From NCBI RefSeq assembly GCF_009914755.1, contig NC_060938.1: 64,000 bases of DNA. One strand, given 5' to 3'. The position numbers and the translations under genes were made by a program. This DNA comes from the human T2T-CHM13v2.0 reference genome, Homo sapiens. The notes beneath the pieces are model-generated. The model searched no databases. It worked only from the letters and a program-made list of their open reading frames with translations, and was not told where the DNA came from. The number at the start of each line of letters is the position of its first letter. Within the stretch, counting starts at the first letter, position 1. Positions 15,795 to 31,000 of this stretch are shown here, one piece after another.

Positions 15795-17192
15795 TTATTT
15801 TAGTACTAAACCCTGGCTTTGTTACATAATTGTGGTAACTTTTATTTGAAAAGAAAAAGTAAGGCCAGAAGGAGTACCCAGGAAAGCTCTTCTGGGCTGG
15901 AATTTACCTGGGCACAGCCGCTGTGTTCTCCTTAGAGGAGTCAAAACACAGTGATAGATTTCGGTTGCTAGAGACCCGGGAGACTCAATCTAGCCCTTAG
16001 CTAAATCTAGCCCTTAGCCCTCACTCCTCTTTCTTTCCTTTTTGTTTTTTTCTTTTTTTTTTGGAGACAAGGTCTTGCTTTGTCACCCAGGCTGGAGTGC
16101 AGCGGCATGAACACGACTCACTGCAGCCTTGACCTCCTGGCCTCAAGTGAGGTGGGAACCTCAGCCTCTGGAGTAGCTAGGACTACAGGTGTATGCCACT
16201 ATGCCCAGCTAATTTTTTTGATTTTTTTGTTGAGATGAAGGCTGGTTTCGAAGTCCTGGTCTCAAGCAGTCCTCCTGCCTCTGGCTTCCTAAGTGCTGGG
16301 ATTACAGGTATGAGCCACTGCACCTGGCCTTTGACTCTTTCTTCTGCCTTCCTTTTTCAAAGCCTTTCTAGCTTCTGAATTCAAATCCTGAGAAGTTCCT
16401 TGGAACTTTTCTTTTCTACTCTGTTCCAGTTTTTCATGGGTCCTATTTGGTAAGTAAATTCCTCCCTAGAAATGTCAGCAGTTTCTCACCAAAAACAATT
16501 GTGTTGGAAATGTCATCAATAAGTCTCTTCAATTATATCCTCATGGCCTCTGTAGCATGTTTTGACAAATAATTGTGCTATGACAGTATTTGGGTTAATA
16601 ATCTAACACTTCGAATTGATTCAGTCTTCAAAGTTTGGTTTTACTTTTGATAGACATTTCTAGAAGCTCTAAGAAATTGTCAAGGAAGTAAAAAATTATG
16701 AATATATCTTTTGCCTTGTTTGATAATAAATTTTCATGGTTAAAAACAGAAACTTCTTAGACATCCAGCTATTTTAAGGTCTTAATTGGTTTTTTTTGGG
16801 TGCTATGTTATCTAATTTTTTTCTGACACCTTTGTTATTTATTTATTTTTATTTATTTACTTTTTAGAGGTAGTCTGTCTATGTTGCCCAGGCTTGCCTC
16901 AAACTTCTGGGTTTGAACAATCCTCCCACCTCAGACTCCTGGGTAGCTAGGACTATAGGCATGTGCCTGGTCTTTTCCTACATCTTTAATATACAATACA
17001 GTGAATTCCACATGCCGGTTGAGGACAGGAATACTTCTTGGTTCTCCAGTTAACAACTTGTCTTTATTGTTTTGTTTTTATTTTTAATGTAAATACAACA
17101 AATGATTCTTTCCCCTACATTTGATACCTTATATTTGATTAATATTCAATGAAATGGCCATTCTTTTTTTTTTTTAATTTCAGAGACATTCT

Positions 17193-20034
17193 ATATATTT
17201 TTTTAAATTTCAACTTTTATTTTAGATACAGAGGGCACATGTGCAGGTTTGTAACATGGGTATATTGTAACCAGGTGGTGAGCATAGTACCCAATAGGTT
17301 GTTTTTCAACCCATGCTCCCTTCCCTCCCTTCACCCCTCTGGAAGTCTGCAGTGTCTTTTGTTCCCATGTTTATGTCTATGTGTTCTCAATGTTTAGCTC
17401 CCACTTTTAAGTGAAAACATATATTATTGGTTTTCTGTTCCTGTGTTAATTCGCTTAGGATTATGGCCTCCAGCTCCATCCATGTTGCTGCAAAGGCTAT
17501 GATTTTATTCTTTTTTATGGCTTGTAGTATTCCATGGTGTGTATGCACTACCTTTTCTTTATCAAATCCACTGTTGATGGGAACCCAGGCTGAATCCATG
17601 TCTTTGTTATTGTGAGTAACCTGGCAATAAACTTATGAGTGCATGTGTCTTTTTGGTAGCATGATCTGTTTTCCTTTGGGTATATATGCAGTAATAGGAT
17701 TGCTGGGTTGAATGTTAACTCTGTTTTAAGTTCTTTGAGACATCTGCAAACTGCTTTCCACAGTGGCTGCACTAATTTACTTTCCCACTGACAGTTTATA
17801 AGCGCTCTTTTCTCTGCAGCCTCACCAGCATCTGCTGTTTTTTGACTTTTAGTAGTAGCCATTCTGACTGGTGTGAGATGGTGTATCTTGGTGGTTTTGA
17901 TTTGTATTTCTCTGATAATTAGTGATGATAAGCATTTTTTCATGTTAGTTGGCCACTTCTAAGTCTCCTTTTAAGAAGTGTCTATTCATGTCCTTTGCCC
18001 ATTTTTTAATGGGGTTGTCTTTTGCTTGTTGATTTCTTTAAGATCCTTATAGATTCTGAATATTAGGCCTTTGTCAGTGCATAGTTTGCAAATGTTTTCT
18101 TCCATTCTGTAGGTTGTTTACTTTGTTGATAGTTTCTTTTGCTGCGCAGGAACTCTTTAATTAGATCCCATTTGTCAATTTTTGTTTTTTGTTGCTTTTG
18201 CTTTTGGAGACTTAGCCAAAAGTTCTTTGTCACGGCTTATGTTGAGAAGGGTATTTCCTAGGTTTTCTTCCAGGATTTTTATAGTTTGAGGTCTTACATT
18301 TAAATCTTTTATCTATGTTGAGTTAATTTTTGTTTATGGTGAAAGATAAGGAAGGATTCAGTTTCATTCTTCAGCATATGGCTATACAGTTATCCCAGCA
18401 TCATTTATTGAATAGGGAGTCATTTCCCCATTGCTTACTTTTGTCAGTCTTGTTAATATCAGATGGTTGGAAATGTGCAGCTTTATTTCTGAGTTTTCTA
18501 TTTTGTTCTATTGGTCTTTGTGTCTGTTTTTGTATCAGTACCATACTGTTTTGGTTACTGTAGCCATAGAGTATATTTTGAAATTGGGTAGTGTGATGGC
18601 TCTGGCTTTGTTCTTTTTTCTTAGGATTGCTTTGACTATTTGGGCTCTTTTTTGGTTTTATATGAATTTTAGAGTTGTTTTTTCTAATTCTGTGAAGAAT
18701 GTTCATAGTTTGATAGCAATGGCATTGAATTTGTAAATTGCTTTGATAGTATGGTCATTTCAATGATATTGATGCTCCTAATCCATGGGCATGGAACGTT
18801 TTTCCCTTTATTTGTCTCATCTCTGATTTCTTTCAGCAGTGTTTTATAATTCTCCTTGAGATCTTTCACCTCTTTGGTTAGCTGTGTTCCTAGATATTTC
18901 ATCATCTTTGTGGCTATTGTAAACGGGATTATGTTCTTGACTCTCAGCCTGGATGTTACTGGTGTATAGAAATGTTACTAATTTTTGTACATTGATTTTA
19001 CATCCTGAAACCCTTCTAAAATCACATATCAGTTCTAGTAGCCTTTTGGCAGAGTCTTTAGGGTTTTCTAGGTATAGAATCATATCATCAGCAAAGAGAG
19101 ATTGTTTGACCTCTTCTTTTCCTATTTGGATGCCTTTTATTTCTTTCTCTTGCCTGATTGCTCTGGCGGGGGCTTCCAGTGCTATGTTGAATAGGAGTGG
19201 TGAGAGTGGACATCCTTGTCTTGTTCTGACTCTCAGGGGGAATTGTTCCAGCTTTTGCCCGTTGAATATGATGTTGGCTGTGGGTTTTTTCATAGATGGC
19301 TCTTATTATTTTGAGGTATGTTCCTTCAATGCCTAGTCTGTTGAGGGTTTTTTTAAATCATAAAGGGAAATGTTGGATTATATAAAAAGTTTTTCTGTGT
19401 CTATTGAGATGACATATGGTTTTTGCTTTTAATTCTGTTTATGTGGTGAATCACATTTATTGATTTGCATATGTTAGAACCAACCTTGCATCCCAGGAAT
19501 AAAGCCTAATTGATCGTGATGAATTAACTTTTTTATGTGCTGCTGGATTCAGTTTGCTAGTATTTTGTTGAGAATTTTTGCATCTATGTTCATCAGGGAT
19601 ATTGGCCTGAAGTTTTCTTTTTTAGTTGTGTCTTTGCCAAATTTTGGTATTAGGCTGATGCTGGCTTCATAGTATGAGTTAGGGAGGAGTCCCTCCTCCT
19701 TGATTTTTTGGAATTGTTTCAGTAGGATTTGTACCAGTTCCTCTTTACACTTCTGGTAGAATTCAGCTGTGAATCCATCTGGTCCAGAGCTTTTTTTGGT
19801 TGGTAGGTTTTAAAAAAAATTATTATTGGTTCAACTTCGGAGTTTGATATTGGTCTACTCAAGATTTCAATCTCTTCCCAATTCAATCTTGGGAAATTGT
19901 GTTTCCAGGAATTTATCCATTTCCTCTAGATTTTCTAAGTTGTGTGCATAGAGTTGTTGTAGTGGATCTTTTGTATTTCTGAGGGATCAGCTGTAATATC
20001 TTTGTCATTTCTGATTATACTGATTTGGATCTTC
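17193..20034 (-). mobile_element. 5'-truncated older primate L1 (L1PA13-16/L1PB-like), ORF2 RT and C-terminal relic
   Basis: Track ORFs 18844..19293 ([14 protein letters not shown]...[13 protein letters not shown]) and 17548..17943 (ORF2 C-terminus); 13-bp TSD tcagagacattct at 17180-17192 and 20035-20047; frameshifted. Confidence 0.93.
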
Positions 20035-20132
20035 TCAGAGACATTCTTACCAAATTCAAGGTACTGTCCAAATAATGCTAATTCTAATAGGACTATTTTG
20101 CATGAAATGCTATTTTGTAAAAAGTACACTCT

Positions 20133-20440
20133 TGTCTTGTTGAGTTGCTATAACAAAATACCATAAAATGGGTAGTTTGTAAATGACAGAAATCTAATCC
20201 AAGATCAAGTCCAGAAGATTCAATGTCTGATGAGGGCCTGTTTCCTCATAGATGGCCATCCTCTCAGTCTATCCTCACATGGTAGAACGGGTAAGGAGTC
20301 TCTCTTGGGCCTCTTTTATAAGGGGACTAATCCCATTAATGAGGATCACCTCCCAAAGGCCCCACCTCCTAATACCGTGACATTGGGGATTAGATTTCAA
20401 CATATGGACTTTGGGGGACGTAAGAACTCAGTCCACTGCA
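20133..20440 (-). mobile_element. MaLR LTR (MLT1A/MST-like)
   Basis: gctataacaaaataccata...cacctcccaaaggccccacctcctaatacc...ggattagatttcaacatatg motifs. Confidence 0.75.
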
Positions 20441-20689
20441 GCTCCTGACAGTCACATCCATCTCCAGCTTTAAGTGATGGGGCATGCAGTCTCCTTTGCT
20501 CTCAGAGTACCTTCTGTACTTATTAGAGGATTTTGCTTAATATTCTGTTCATTTATCATTCTCAGAGGATTGAATCTCTTGAGAGTGGCATCCAGCTTAT
20601 ATAATTATTTGTTGTGCAAATGAATGAAAACAAAAATAAATGACATATGGCAAACTCTCACTCACCTTAGGAGACACCATCATGTGTTG

Positions 20690-20930
20690 GTTTAGAGCAT
20701 GAACTCTGAAGCCCAAACCACCTGGATTCAAGTCTTGGCTCCATCATTTATTACCTGTGTGTCCTTAGACAATTGTGAATCATACTGGTGCATCTAAGCT
20801 TTGTCTTTTCAAATGTGGAGATAACTGTAGTTCCTAACTCTTACCATTGTTATAAAGATTAAATGAGGTTGTATATACAAAGTGCTTGTAACAGTGCCTG
20901 TATACAGTAAGTACTGTATAATATTGCTAT
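20690..20930 (+). mobile_element. MIR (representative; others near 9940, 24010, 24820, 40020, 53030, 54350)
   Basis: ctggattcaagtcttggctccatcatttattacctgtgtgtccttagacaa...attaaatgag...aaagtgctt...acagtgcctg core. Confidence 0.75.
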
Positions 20931-22449
20931 TATCCTTTTTTTTTTTAAATAGCGATGACATGGAATAGTGTGTGCCCTTAGAAAATTCATTCTGGAATTC
21001 AAATCTTAGGGTGCCAAAATGAAGAAGTGCTTTATCTCCACTTTGGGTTCAGGAGCCCCAGAGTATGGGAAGGGGTGGTGGAGGTCCTCAGTATATCGCA
21101 AAGCTGAGGATGTTTGTATCTTTGTCACTCATCAGGCTGCCAAGGCTCATGGTGAACTAATAAACAGCCTTTCTTTTTGGTTAGAATCTCTCAATTCCAT
21201 ATAGCAACTCTTTTACCTCAGGCTGGTTGTGATTCATCTTAATTTGGAGGATAAACAAATTAATCATTAATTAGTCAAGTTAATTTGGTAGCTGAAATCT
21301 TTAACAACAGTGATCCATGCAAGAGCTAATAAAAGGGATATGGATGATAAACAGAGGGGGCAGGCAGGATTGAAAGATTTTTGAACTAGCAGGGACTGTT
21401 TAATGATTCTTATTCTTTGTATTTTTTGAAGTGTTCTGTTTAATATTTAATATGATTGACCGTATCTAGCTGTTGGCCTCATACTTATCTTTTAGTTCCA
21501 CGCCGCCCCCTCCCCCAGCATTTTATTATGCAAAATTTCTAGTATACAGCAAAGTTAAAGGAATTTAAAAGTGAATACCTATAGGGTCAACACATAGATT
21601 CTAACATTAATATTTTGCAATGCTTGCTTGATCACAAAGCTGTACAATTATCCATCCCTATGTACACCCCCAATCTACTTTATATTTTTATATGCTTGGT
21701 TAGGTTTATTATTTGATCATCCATATGGGAGAAGTCGGTGTTTTATACTTATCCTCCAGAAACTAATAGTGGTAAATAAATACATGAAGCAATGCTTTTA
21801 AAGAGGTATGAAGTAAAAACTGCTCTCACTGGAAGGATTCTTTAAGAATCAAGGTGGGGCGAGGGGAAGAAATGTGTAGGTGAAAAAATAAGCCTTTGGG
21901 AAAATAATTCAATATATTAGATAACTCATTAAAATATTCTTTTTGATATATTAGATTTTTAGTTTCACTTTGCAAGCTATGCAGGCTCAGCTCTTATTGT
22001 TTCCAGTAAATGGCAACATAACTGGGGCAGAAAAGGAACTAAGTTCAAAAAAAGTTTTAAAGAAAATCCTTGAAGGTTGAAGGCTAACAATCACATAACA
22101 CTAATGCCTAAGATATCAGTTTGTGTCAACTTTCCTTCCTCTAGACAAGTTATTACATCGAATTGCCTGGCCTTCCTTTTCACCACTGGTATAGAATCCA
22201 CAATGCTAGTTCTTCTGGAGTTCTGAAAGCAGCTCCAAAGGGCATGAATAAGTCATAGGGCAAAATCTTGATTATGATTCAAAAAGAAGGCATAGTTACT
22301 TTGTTCTTCATGAACCATGGAAGCACATAGTAGAAAGCCATACTTGTTTTGGAGGACAGTTTTTGGTTGCTGCTGTTTTCTGGCAATGCATGTTTACTAG
22401 AAACAGAGCTGCAAAGTTACTAATGAACATTTATCCATTTCACTTTCAG

Positions 22450-22500
22450 TTCACTTCTTCAACTGAGATGGACATGATATAATCTCCATTGAGTCAAAGA
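22450..22500 (+). other. SYNE2: SYNE2 exon 2, 5' UTR portion (51 nt)
   Basis: Acceptor ccatttcactttcAG ends at 22449 and the start ATG is at 22501. Exon 1 lies upstream of the window. Confidence 0.85.
22468..22482 (+). promoter_or_regulatory. Upstream ORF MDMI* in the SYNE2 5' UTR
   Basis: ATG GAC ATG ATA TAA read directly; context gagATGg; same frame as the main ATG. Function is inferred only. Confidence 0.7.
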
Positions 22501-22579
22501 ATGGCATCTAGTCCTGAGCTTCCCACCGAAGATGAACAGGGTTCCTGGGGCATCGACGATCTCCATATTTCATTGCAAG
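22501..22579 (+). CDS. SYNE2: Nesprin-2 first coding exon, MASSPELPTEDEQGSWGIDDLHISLQ + 1 nt
   Basis: agaATGg Kozak context; translation matches the recalled nesprin-2 N-terminus; donor AAG|GTAATT at 22579/22580, phase 1. Confidence 0.97.
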
Positions 22580-22877
22580 GTAATTAAGATTGGGTGGGGG
22601 TAACACCCACAGAAACTGGGGAAACCTTACTTTTATCTAGTTGCAAGTCACACTGATTTTCGTCTCTCTTATGGAGATAAATATATCTGTATTTTTCCAA
22701 CTGTAGAAACCTTTTAATATATTTAAATGTCTTTATTTCTGCCTTAGCTCTCTGGGAAAGTAAGGAATACCTGCAAGGAATTTGCTATCTCCAGTTTCTT
22801 ACTGAGTGTATGCATTTTATTTGCAGTGAAAATTAAATAGTAAACTGTAGTTTGCTTGGCATTGTTTTTACTTCTTA

Positions 22878-23252
<375 letters not shown>

Positions 23253-26205
23253 TTATAAATGAATGACCTTTCAGTCATGTGAATCATGTGTGCATGTATA
23301 TAAGTGCTGTCATTTTTTTAAAAGTGCTTCTTGTGGAGTTTGGCAATATTTTTGTTGTATTTTGAAAATTCACTAGCCACTAGACCTTCTACCTTTGTTG
23401 ATAAAGCAAATTTTGGAGTTGAGTAAAGTAAGCTAGTATAAAAGAAATAAGGCTATAGCAGGCCTTTGAAAATATTTATGGAACTATGTGTTTTAAAGTA
23501 ACTTTAAGATTATGGGCAGTATTATGCAGCATTTTTAGAATGTTACTCAAAGTCATAGATTCTGAGTCATTTATGGTAAAGATGCCAAAATTACTTTTTT
23601 TCTGATATTTTCCTTTAAATTAAAGATCTGTTTTGATGCCATATTGAGTGATTTGGCAAAATAAAATCTGTTTTGAATGATTTGCTTCTATATTTTGAGC
23701 TGAGATGGAAATCAATAGCTGTTAGAATAGACAGTATCTGTATATATCAGCCTTTTCAAAGTAATTATTGTATACTTTGTGTAGAGTAAGAAACATTTAA
23801 ATTGTTGAGAGGTTATACTTGAGGTAAGAATTTTTAAAATTTTCAGTAAGGACTTAAAAATAATGTCTGAATATTCAGATGTAGATGGAATCAAGCTTTC
23901 ATTTAACTGGAAAAAAATTATTGTTTTTCTATGATGTTTTGGTTGCATGTAACGTTTTGGCTGCAATAAGTAGGTAAATCAGATTTGTAATGCTGGCTCT
24001 GCCAGTCACTGATTCTTTGAACTTGGAGGAGAGATTTCATCTTTTGAGTCTCAGTTTCCTTATTTGTAAAATGTGAATCAGAGTTCCCACACTGCAGCTG
24101 CATTTTGAAGATGAACAGTAAGGGAGACAAAGGGGCTTAGCACAGTGCCTAACACAGACTAGGGACTCAGTATGTACATCACACTTTCTTTTTCTAGGTT
24201 TATGGCCAAAATCTTACTCTCAAAGTATTTCTTGTCCAAGAGCACATGGCTGGAGTAGAAACTTCATGATCTATAGGAAAAAATTGTAAACCAGATGTCT
24301 GGTTTTTTTCTGCTTTTTCTTTTGTTTGTTTTGTTTTAACATTTCTGTTCAATGGCTCCCTATCACATGTGGGATGAAGTCCAGACTTCTTGGCGTGGTT
24401 CAGGCTTTTACTGGTCCAGTGCTTGCCTTTCTCTCTGCTCTTATCTCCCACCATGCCCCATAAGCACTCTGTGCTCCAACCCCATGGTTCCTTAAGGGGC
24501 CATATTCTCCCTGGTCCGCCAGCCTGTGTGCTTTCATTCAGATTGTTTCCCTTGTAGCTCCCCCGGCCCCTCCTCCAGCAGCAGAAGTCATCCTCTCATC
24601 CATCCTTCATACATCCTTTATCCATCCCCAGGACGATTAGAATCAGTTTCCTGTGAGCTCTGCTCTCTCTTAGGCTGAGATAACGTGCTCCCTCCTCTGT
24701 TCTCCCGTAGTATCTCTTTGAGCACTTGGTAGTATTATTATTATTATACATATCAAGTAATATTTTCTTCCCCACAGCAGGGGACATTTTGACTTTTATG
24801 TAGCATGCTGTAACTTATGTAGCACTTTTGCATACATTATCTCATTTGATCCTCACAACCACATGATGAAGTAGATTTAAAAAAAATCTTTGACAATTGA
24901 GAAAGAGGCTGCAGCTCAGAAAGAATGAATTACTTGCCCAGAGTCCCGCAGCTAGTGAGCAGTGGAGCTGTGTTTTGACTAGGACAGTTTTCTTTGTATT
25001 GTACCATACCCTCTTTGTTACACTTCAAAGAACAGTTTGAAAGAGGGAGTTTCCTTAACAACTTTCACTGGAAAATTCATTAAATCTTAGCCTTAACCTA
25101 TTCAATCCATAGCAAGTTTTCACATCCAGAATATGGAGGGCATCTTTAAGTAATATTAGTGATCTCAGGCTTATAAGTAGCTCAAAATAATTAGCAAATT
25201 ACTGAGAAATGAGTGGTTTCTTATAGCATGTTTTGAATTATCGTAGGTTATACAATCTGTTTTACAATTGGAGAGTAGTATGGACTGTTTTGCAATGTAA
25301 ATGTGATATACGTGCACTGGTCAGTCTGAATGATTTCCTTTAATGATGTATTTAGAGGAATCGTGGTGCTGGACACACTGCTGTCTTAGGGGGACTGGTA
25401 GAAAGCCAATACTATAATGTCAAGGTGACGCTGGGCAGTCTGTTCACATTAGCCAGGTACCCTCAAGAGATACCAACCAAGAAGTTCCCATACCTATAAG
25501 ATGAAGGCTTTACGGCGAAATGAATAGATTTCCCAAAGTTAAGCTCCATATTGTTATCAGTGAATTTGTAATGATTCTTTCAGCCTAAGTTGTTGAAGGA
25601 AAGAAGGAAAGGAGGGAGGAAGGAAGAAAAGAAGGCAGACACTTGTATATATTTCTAAAGGCACCTTTGCTTTCATAGCAGGATTATTAGCTATTTGAGA
25701 AAAAAAAAAGATGGACAATATTATCTGCATGAAGTACTACTGAACCAAAGGCTGTTGGTGGTAGTCTTAAAGGCACTTGGCATTGTACACACAGCAAGCA
25801 GACTCGTATTTCACAGAATTCACATGTGCTTAATGATCCCTGGGGTAATATGAGAAAGAGATTTCATGTAATATAAGAGGCTCAGGATCCCTGCTCATAA
25901 GAAAGTTTTTATTTTTCTTTGTTTCAGAACCTTTTTTTAGAGGCAGATAGAGACAGTAGAATGGCCTAATTAACTTATAAAGCCTGCTTTATTTTAGCAA
26001 AAACTTAATCTAAGGTGAGACAATTGTGGCAACACCCTGACTCAGAATAACACACGCAAGAAAAGATTAAAATGTCTCAGTTGAAATGTAGTGCTTCATC
26101 ATTAATATGCTATGAAAGCATATAGCCCGTATGTACAGGGCCTAAAAGGAATCAGCCCTGAAGATCAGGCAGTGCTTTGCCGAAATTCATAGAGCAGGAC
26201 GATAA

Positions 26206-26587
<382 letters not shown>

Positions 26588-27202
26588 TGAGAGTACCCTT
26601 TATGGGTAGATATTTATGTTTTCTGCATTTAGTGAAGAGGATGGTGTTGGACTGTTTGAATGGTTAGGAAGAGAAAGGAATGGTATTTATGAATTTGAGT
26701 GGGTTTCTATAAAACTGGAATTCATTTTAGTTTAGTGCATTCTATATTACTCTGGGCAGTACACATTTTATTTATTCATATATATATGTATTTTTTTCTT
26801 TTTCTTTTTCTTTCTTTCTTTTTTTTTTTTCTGAGACAGAATCTTGCTCTGTCACCCGGGCTGGAGTGCAGTGGTGTGACCTCGGTTCACTGCAACCTCC
26901 GCCTCCAGAGTTCAAGTGATTCTCCTGCCTTAGCCTCCTGAGTGGCTGGGATTACAGGTGCCTGCCACCACGTCTGGCTAATTTTTGTATTTTTAGTAGA
27001 GAGGGGATTTCACCATGTTGGCCAGGTTGGTCTCTAACTCCTGACCTCAAGTGATTTGCCTGCCTTGGCTCCCAAAGTGCTGGGATTATAGGCGTGAGCC
27101 ACAACACCTGGCCAGCAGTCCATATTTTAAATGATTTTGCGATATGGAAATTCAGGCTATTAAAATGATAATAAATGGCTGTTTAAAATTTTTTAAATTT
27201 AA

Positions 27203-27355
<153 letters not shown>

Positions 27356-28123
27356 TAAATGGCTTCTTTAAAAATTATTTGCTTTACCAAAATGCCCATT
27401 ATAGAATTCCTTTAATTCTTTCCATTTGGATTTCTTCCTTGGCAAAGTAATAGGTGCTTCCTTTTATTTGATCCTAAAAAAATAATAACCACATACTTTG
27501 TCAGAAACAACATCTGTGCTGAGCCCTTCGGGTGGGAAAGGTGTGCCCAGGGAACACTTTTTTGAAGTATTGGATAGATATGATTATGAAAGCAGTAGGG
27601 GTAATGTTGGATAAGTATCACAGGACTTTAAAGTTAAATGGGATTTTCTTTGCAATTCAGTGTAATTTGAGACCAAAGTAGGAATCCCTTCCGAAGTATT
27701 TCTGAGATTAAGATCCTTCATGGAGTTGAATTGAAACCCAAGGGTTTGGGGTTTTTGCTTTTAGGCAGTGCCTACCTATTGTGTCTTAAGAGTGACAGTT
27801 ACATGGTCACATGTCAGGGTTGTGCCTTAAGGGATTAATCTGGCTTTGAGGTACAGGAAGGCTGGAAAAGGGTGGAAAGTAGTTGGAGAAACCTATTAGG
27901 AAGTATTAGCAAATATCTGGGTGTTGGGTACTGTTTGCCTGGGCCTGGGTTATAGCAGTGAGTGTGAAAGTATGGACAGATAAGAAAATCTTTAAGGTGG
28001 GAGACACTAGGAATTTGCAACTGTAAATATGGGTAAGGTAGAAAGGCTCCAAGGTTTTGAAGTTGAGCTGCTTGGGAAAATAGTAGTAGCATATTTAATG
28101 CCCACATTACTAACTTTATTTAG

Positions 28124-28366
<243 letters not shown>

Positions 28367-30815
28367 TAGATCCTCCCACCTTGGCCTTCCAAAGTGCTGG
28401 GATTACTGGCATGAGCCACTGTGCCTGGCCTATTTAGTGTGTTTTTATGAGGCAAGATAGCATCAAATATGAAGGCCATTAAATATTATTTATATCAATG
28501 TGCTTAAAATAAATTTTTATAGATAAAAGGTACTTTACAAAGAAACTCTTGAGAACTTCTCAGGTATAGAAAGATTAAAAGCATGATGCAGGTGGAGGAT
28601 CTATTTGAAAGTCATAGTAACAAGCGAAATTGGCTGTGTAGGTGGACTCATCTTGAGAAATTTTAAATGGCAACTGTAGGCAATTTTGAACTGTTTTGGA
28701 TACTTTATTTTAGATTTAAGTTATTTTTTAACAAGTAAGTATAACTTGTTGGTCATAAAGGACATATGAATTTCTGTAACAGGAGCAATTTACTTGGCTT
28801 TCAAAAACAACATAGGCCAATGCTCTAGAAAAACAGCATCCAGATACAGAATATTATCATTAATTAGGCACTGAACTAGGAATGAGTGTGGATTCTATTA
28901 CCTTTGCCACCACACAGGAGTTAACTTGCAAGCAGTCCTACCAAGATGCTGATGAATGCTTAACCATCTGCACGAACCTCTATAAAATCATTCAGCCCAG
29001 TTACTGTGTCATTTCAAACAAGGCTCATATGTTTTATTTAATGCTGTTATTGTCTAGATGACATATTTTAAAAGATTAAAAAACCCTCTGTGTCTTCTCG
29101 GTAGGTATCCTTACTTCGTAGGGTTCAGTAGTGAAACGTGAGTCTCTGTAGTTAGGTTATTACTCCATTTAAATTTATTTATTATATACTGAGTATCCAT
29201 CTGAAGGGAGGCTTTCAGTTTTTGTATTATTTTTAGAAGCATTAAAAATTATCCAAGCTTAGTGGGTTAGGTTACAAACATCGTAATGGAGATGCAATGT
29301 TTAATTTTATTCATTTACTCTGTAAATGGTGAACCCCAATCATGCACAGTGGTCTAGGTGTTAGGAGTACAAAGAAATAAATTGGGCACCTTCAAGAAGC
29401 ATGTAGTCTAGATGTGCTTTTGCTTGTTGATGTCATGTGGAAGTGAAAAAATAGCCTGGGCCGCAAATATAATCATTCTTAGGAGATGAGTTGAAGTCTT
29501 TAACTTTAAAGGGTTATGTTTCTAATTGTGGTATCCATTGTACAAATTCAACCAAAATATGACCAAAAATGTTGTCTGGAATATCTTTTTATGTTTCATT
29601 TTTATGGAGGTGAAGAATAAAAAACGTACTGTATATAGCATTATTTGCAATGTGAGTTATAAATTCCTCTCACTGTAAAAATGAAACAGTTTGGTCAGAA
29701 CTTCACTGGAGATTGTTGTCTTCTTACTGTTCTTACTCTTGAATTTCTTCTCATCTTTGGATATCACTTCCTGCAATAATCTTTCGGAGTTCCTCGAAGT
29801 ATGTTGTAGGTACATATGATATTCCTGAGTTGTTATTGCCAATCAAGTTTCTGAATATTTTAGGTTTTCAATAAACAATTTTATTATGAGTGAGTGGCCA
29901 TTTTCTATATTAAAAAAAGTTCTATGAAGTACCCCAAATTAGAAGAACTTTTGAATGTTCATGAAAATTGTCAGATAGGATGGAAACATGATTTCTTTAG
30001 GCTTCAGGCAGTGAAGTGTGTCTATGATGTTTAGGGGCTCAATAGTGCTTTCGTATTCTGTTTATGAGAGAAGACTCTGTTCTACCTTATAACTGTGAGT
30101 GAATGAAGCCATGTGAAGTCTTAGGAAGAGGAACACTATTAATAAAAGCTTCTCGGCTGGTGCAGTGGCTCACACCTGTAATCCCAGCACTTTGGGAGGC
30201 TGAAATGGGAGTACTGCTTGAGCCCAGGAGTTTGAGACCAGCCTGGGCAATGTAGTGAGACCCCTCTGGCTCCACAAAAAATAAAAAAAAAATTAGCTGG
30301 GCATGGCAACATTCCCCTGTACGTCCAGCTGCTTGGGAGGCTGAGGTGGGAGGACCTCTTGAGCCCAAGAGTTGAGCCTGCAGTAAGCTATGATCGTACC
30401 ACTGTGCTCTAGGCTGGATGACAGAGTGAGACCCTGTCTTTAAAATAAATAATTAATTAATTTTTTAATAAAGGCTTCTGGGTGGAATTTCTACCCTTTT
30501 GTAGTAAAGTCCCCAGTGTGGGATTTTGAGGTTAATGATTAATGAAGAGTAAGAAAAGACATGTATTAGCAGGTAATATTTTTGCTTCTCTAACCAATTC
30601 AGATTACTCAGTTATGATAAATAAAAGCAAATTATCTTTGGCTGGTTAGATGCTTATTACACCAGAGAAAGCAATCAAGCTATAGTCCCTCACTGGCTAT
30701 CAGTGTTTTACTATAACAATACAAAAGCTTCTAGAAAGTTCCTGTGATAGTAACTGATATTGTCTTTTGCTGTGTTTTCTTGGAAGTTTGTTTGCTTTGA
30801 TATTAAGCTTTATAA

Positions 30816-31000
<185 letters not shown>

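Noticed and set aside
15987-16018. aatctagcccttagc repeated with a 17-bp period
   Set aside because: Simple two-copy slippage duplication. No repeat-spacer array; no CRISPR-like structure anywhere in the window.
17387-19336. ORFs with reverse-transcriptase motifs (FADD) as a possible novel RT system
   Set aside because: Frameshifted ORF2 fragments of an ordinary 5'-truncated L1 with a clear TSD.
29105-29112. GTATCCTT, the U12-type 5' splice consensus
   Set aside because: A single 8-mer is expected about once by chance in 64 kb, and there is no supporting exon.
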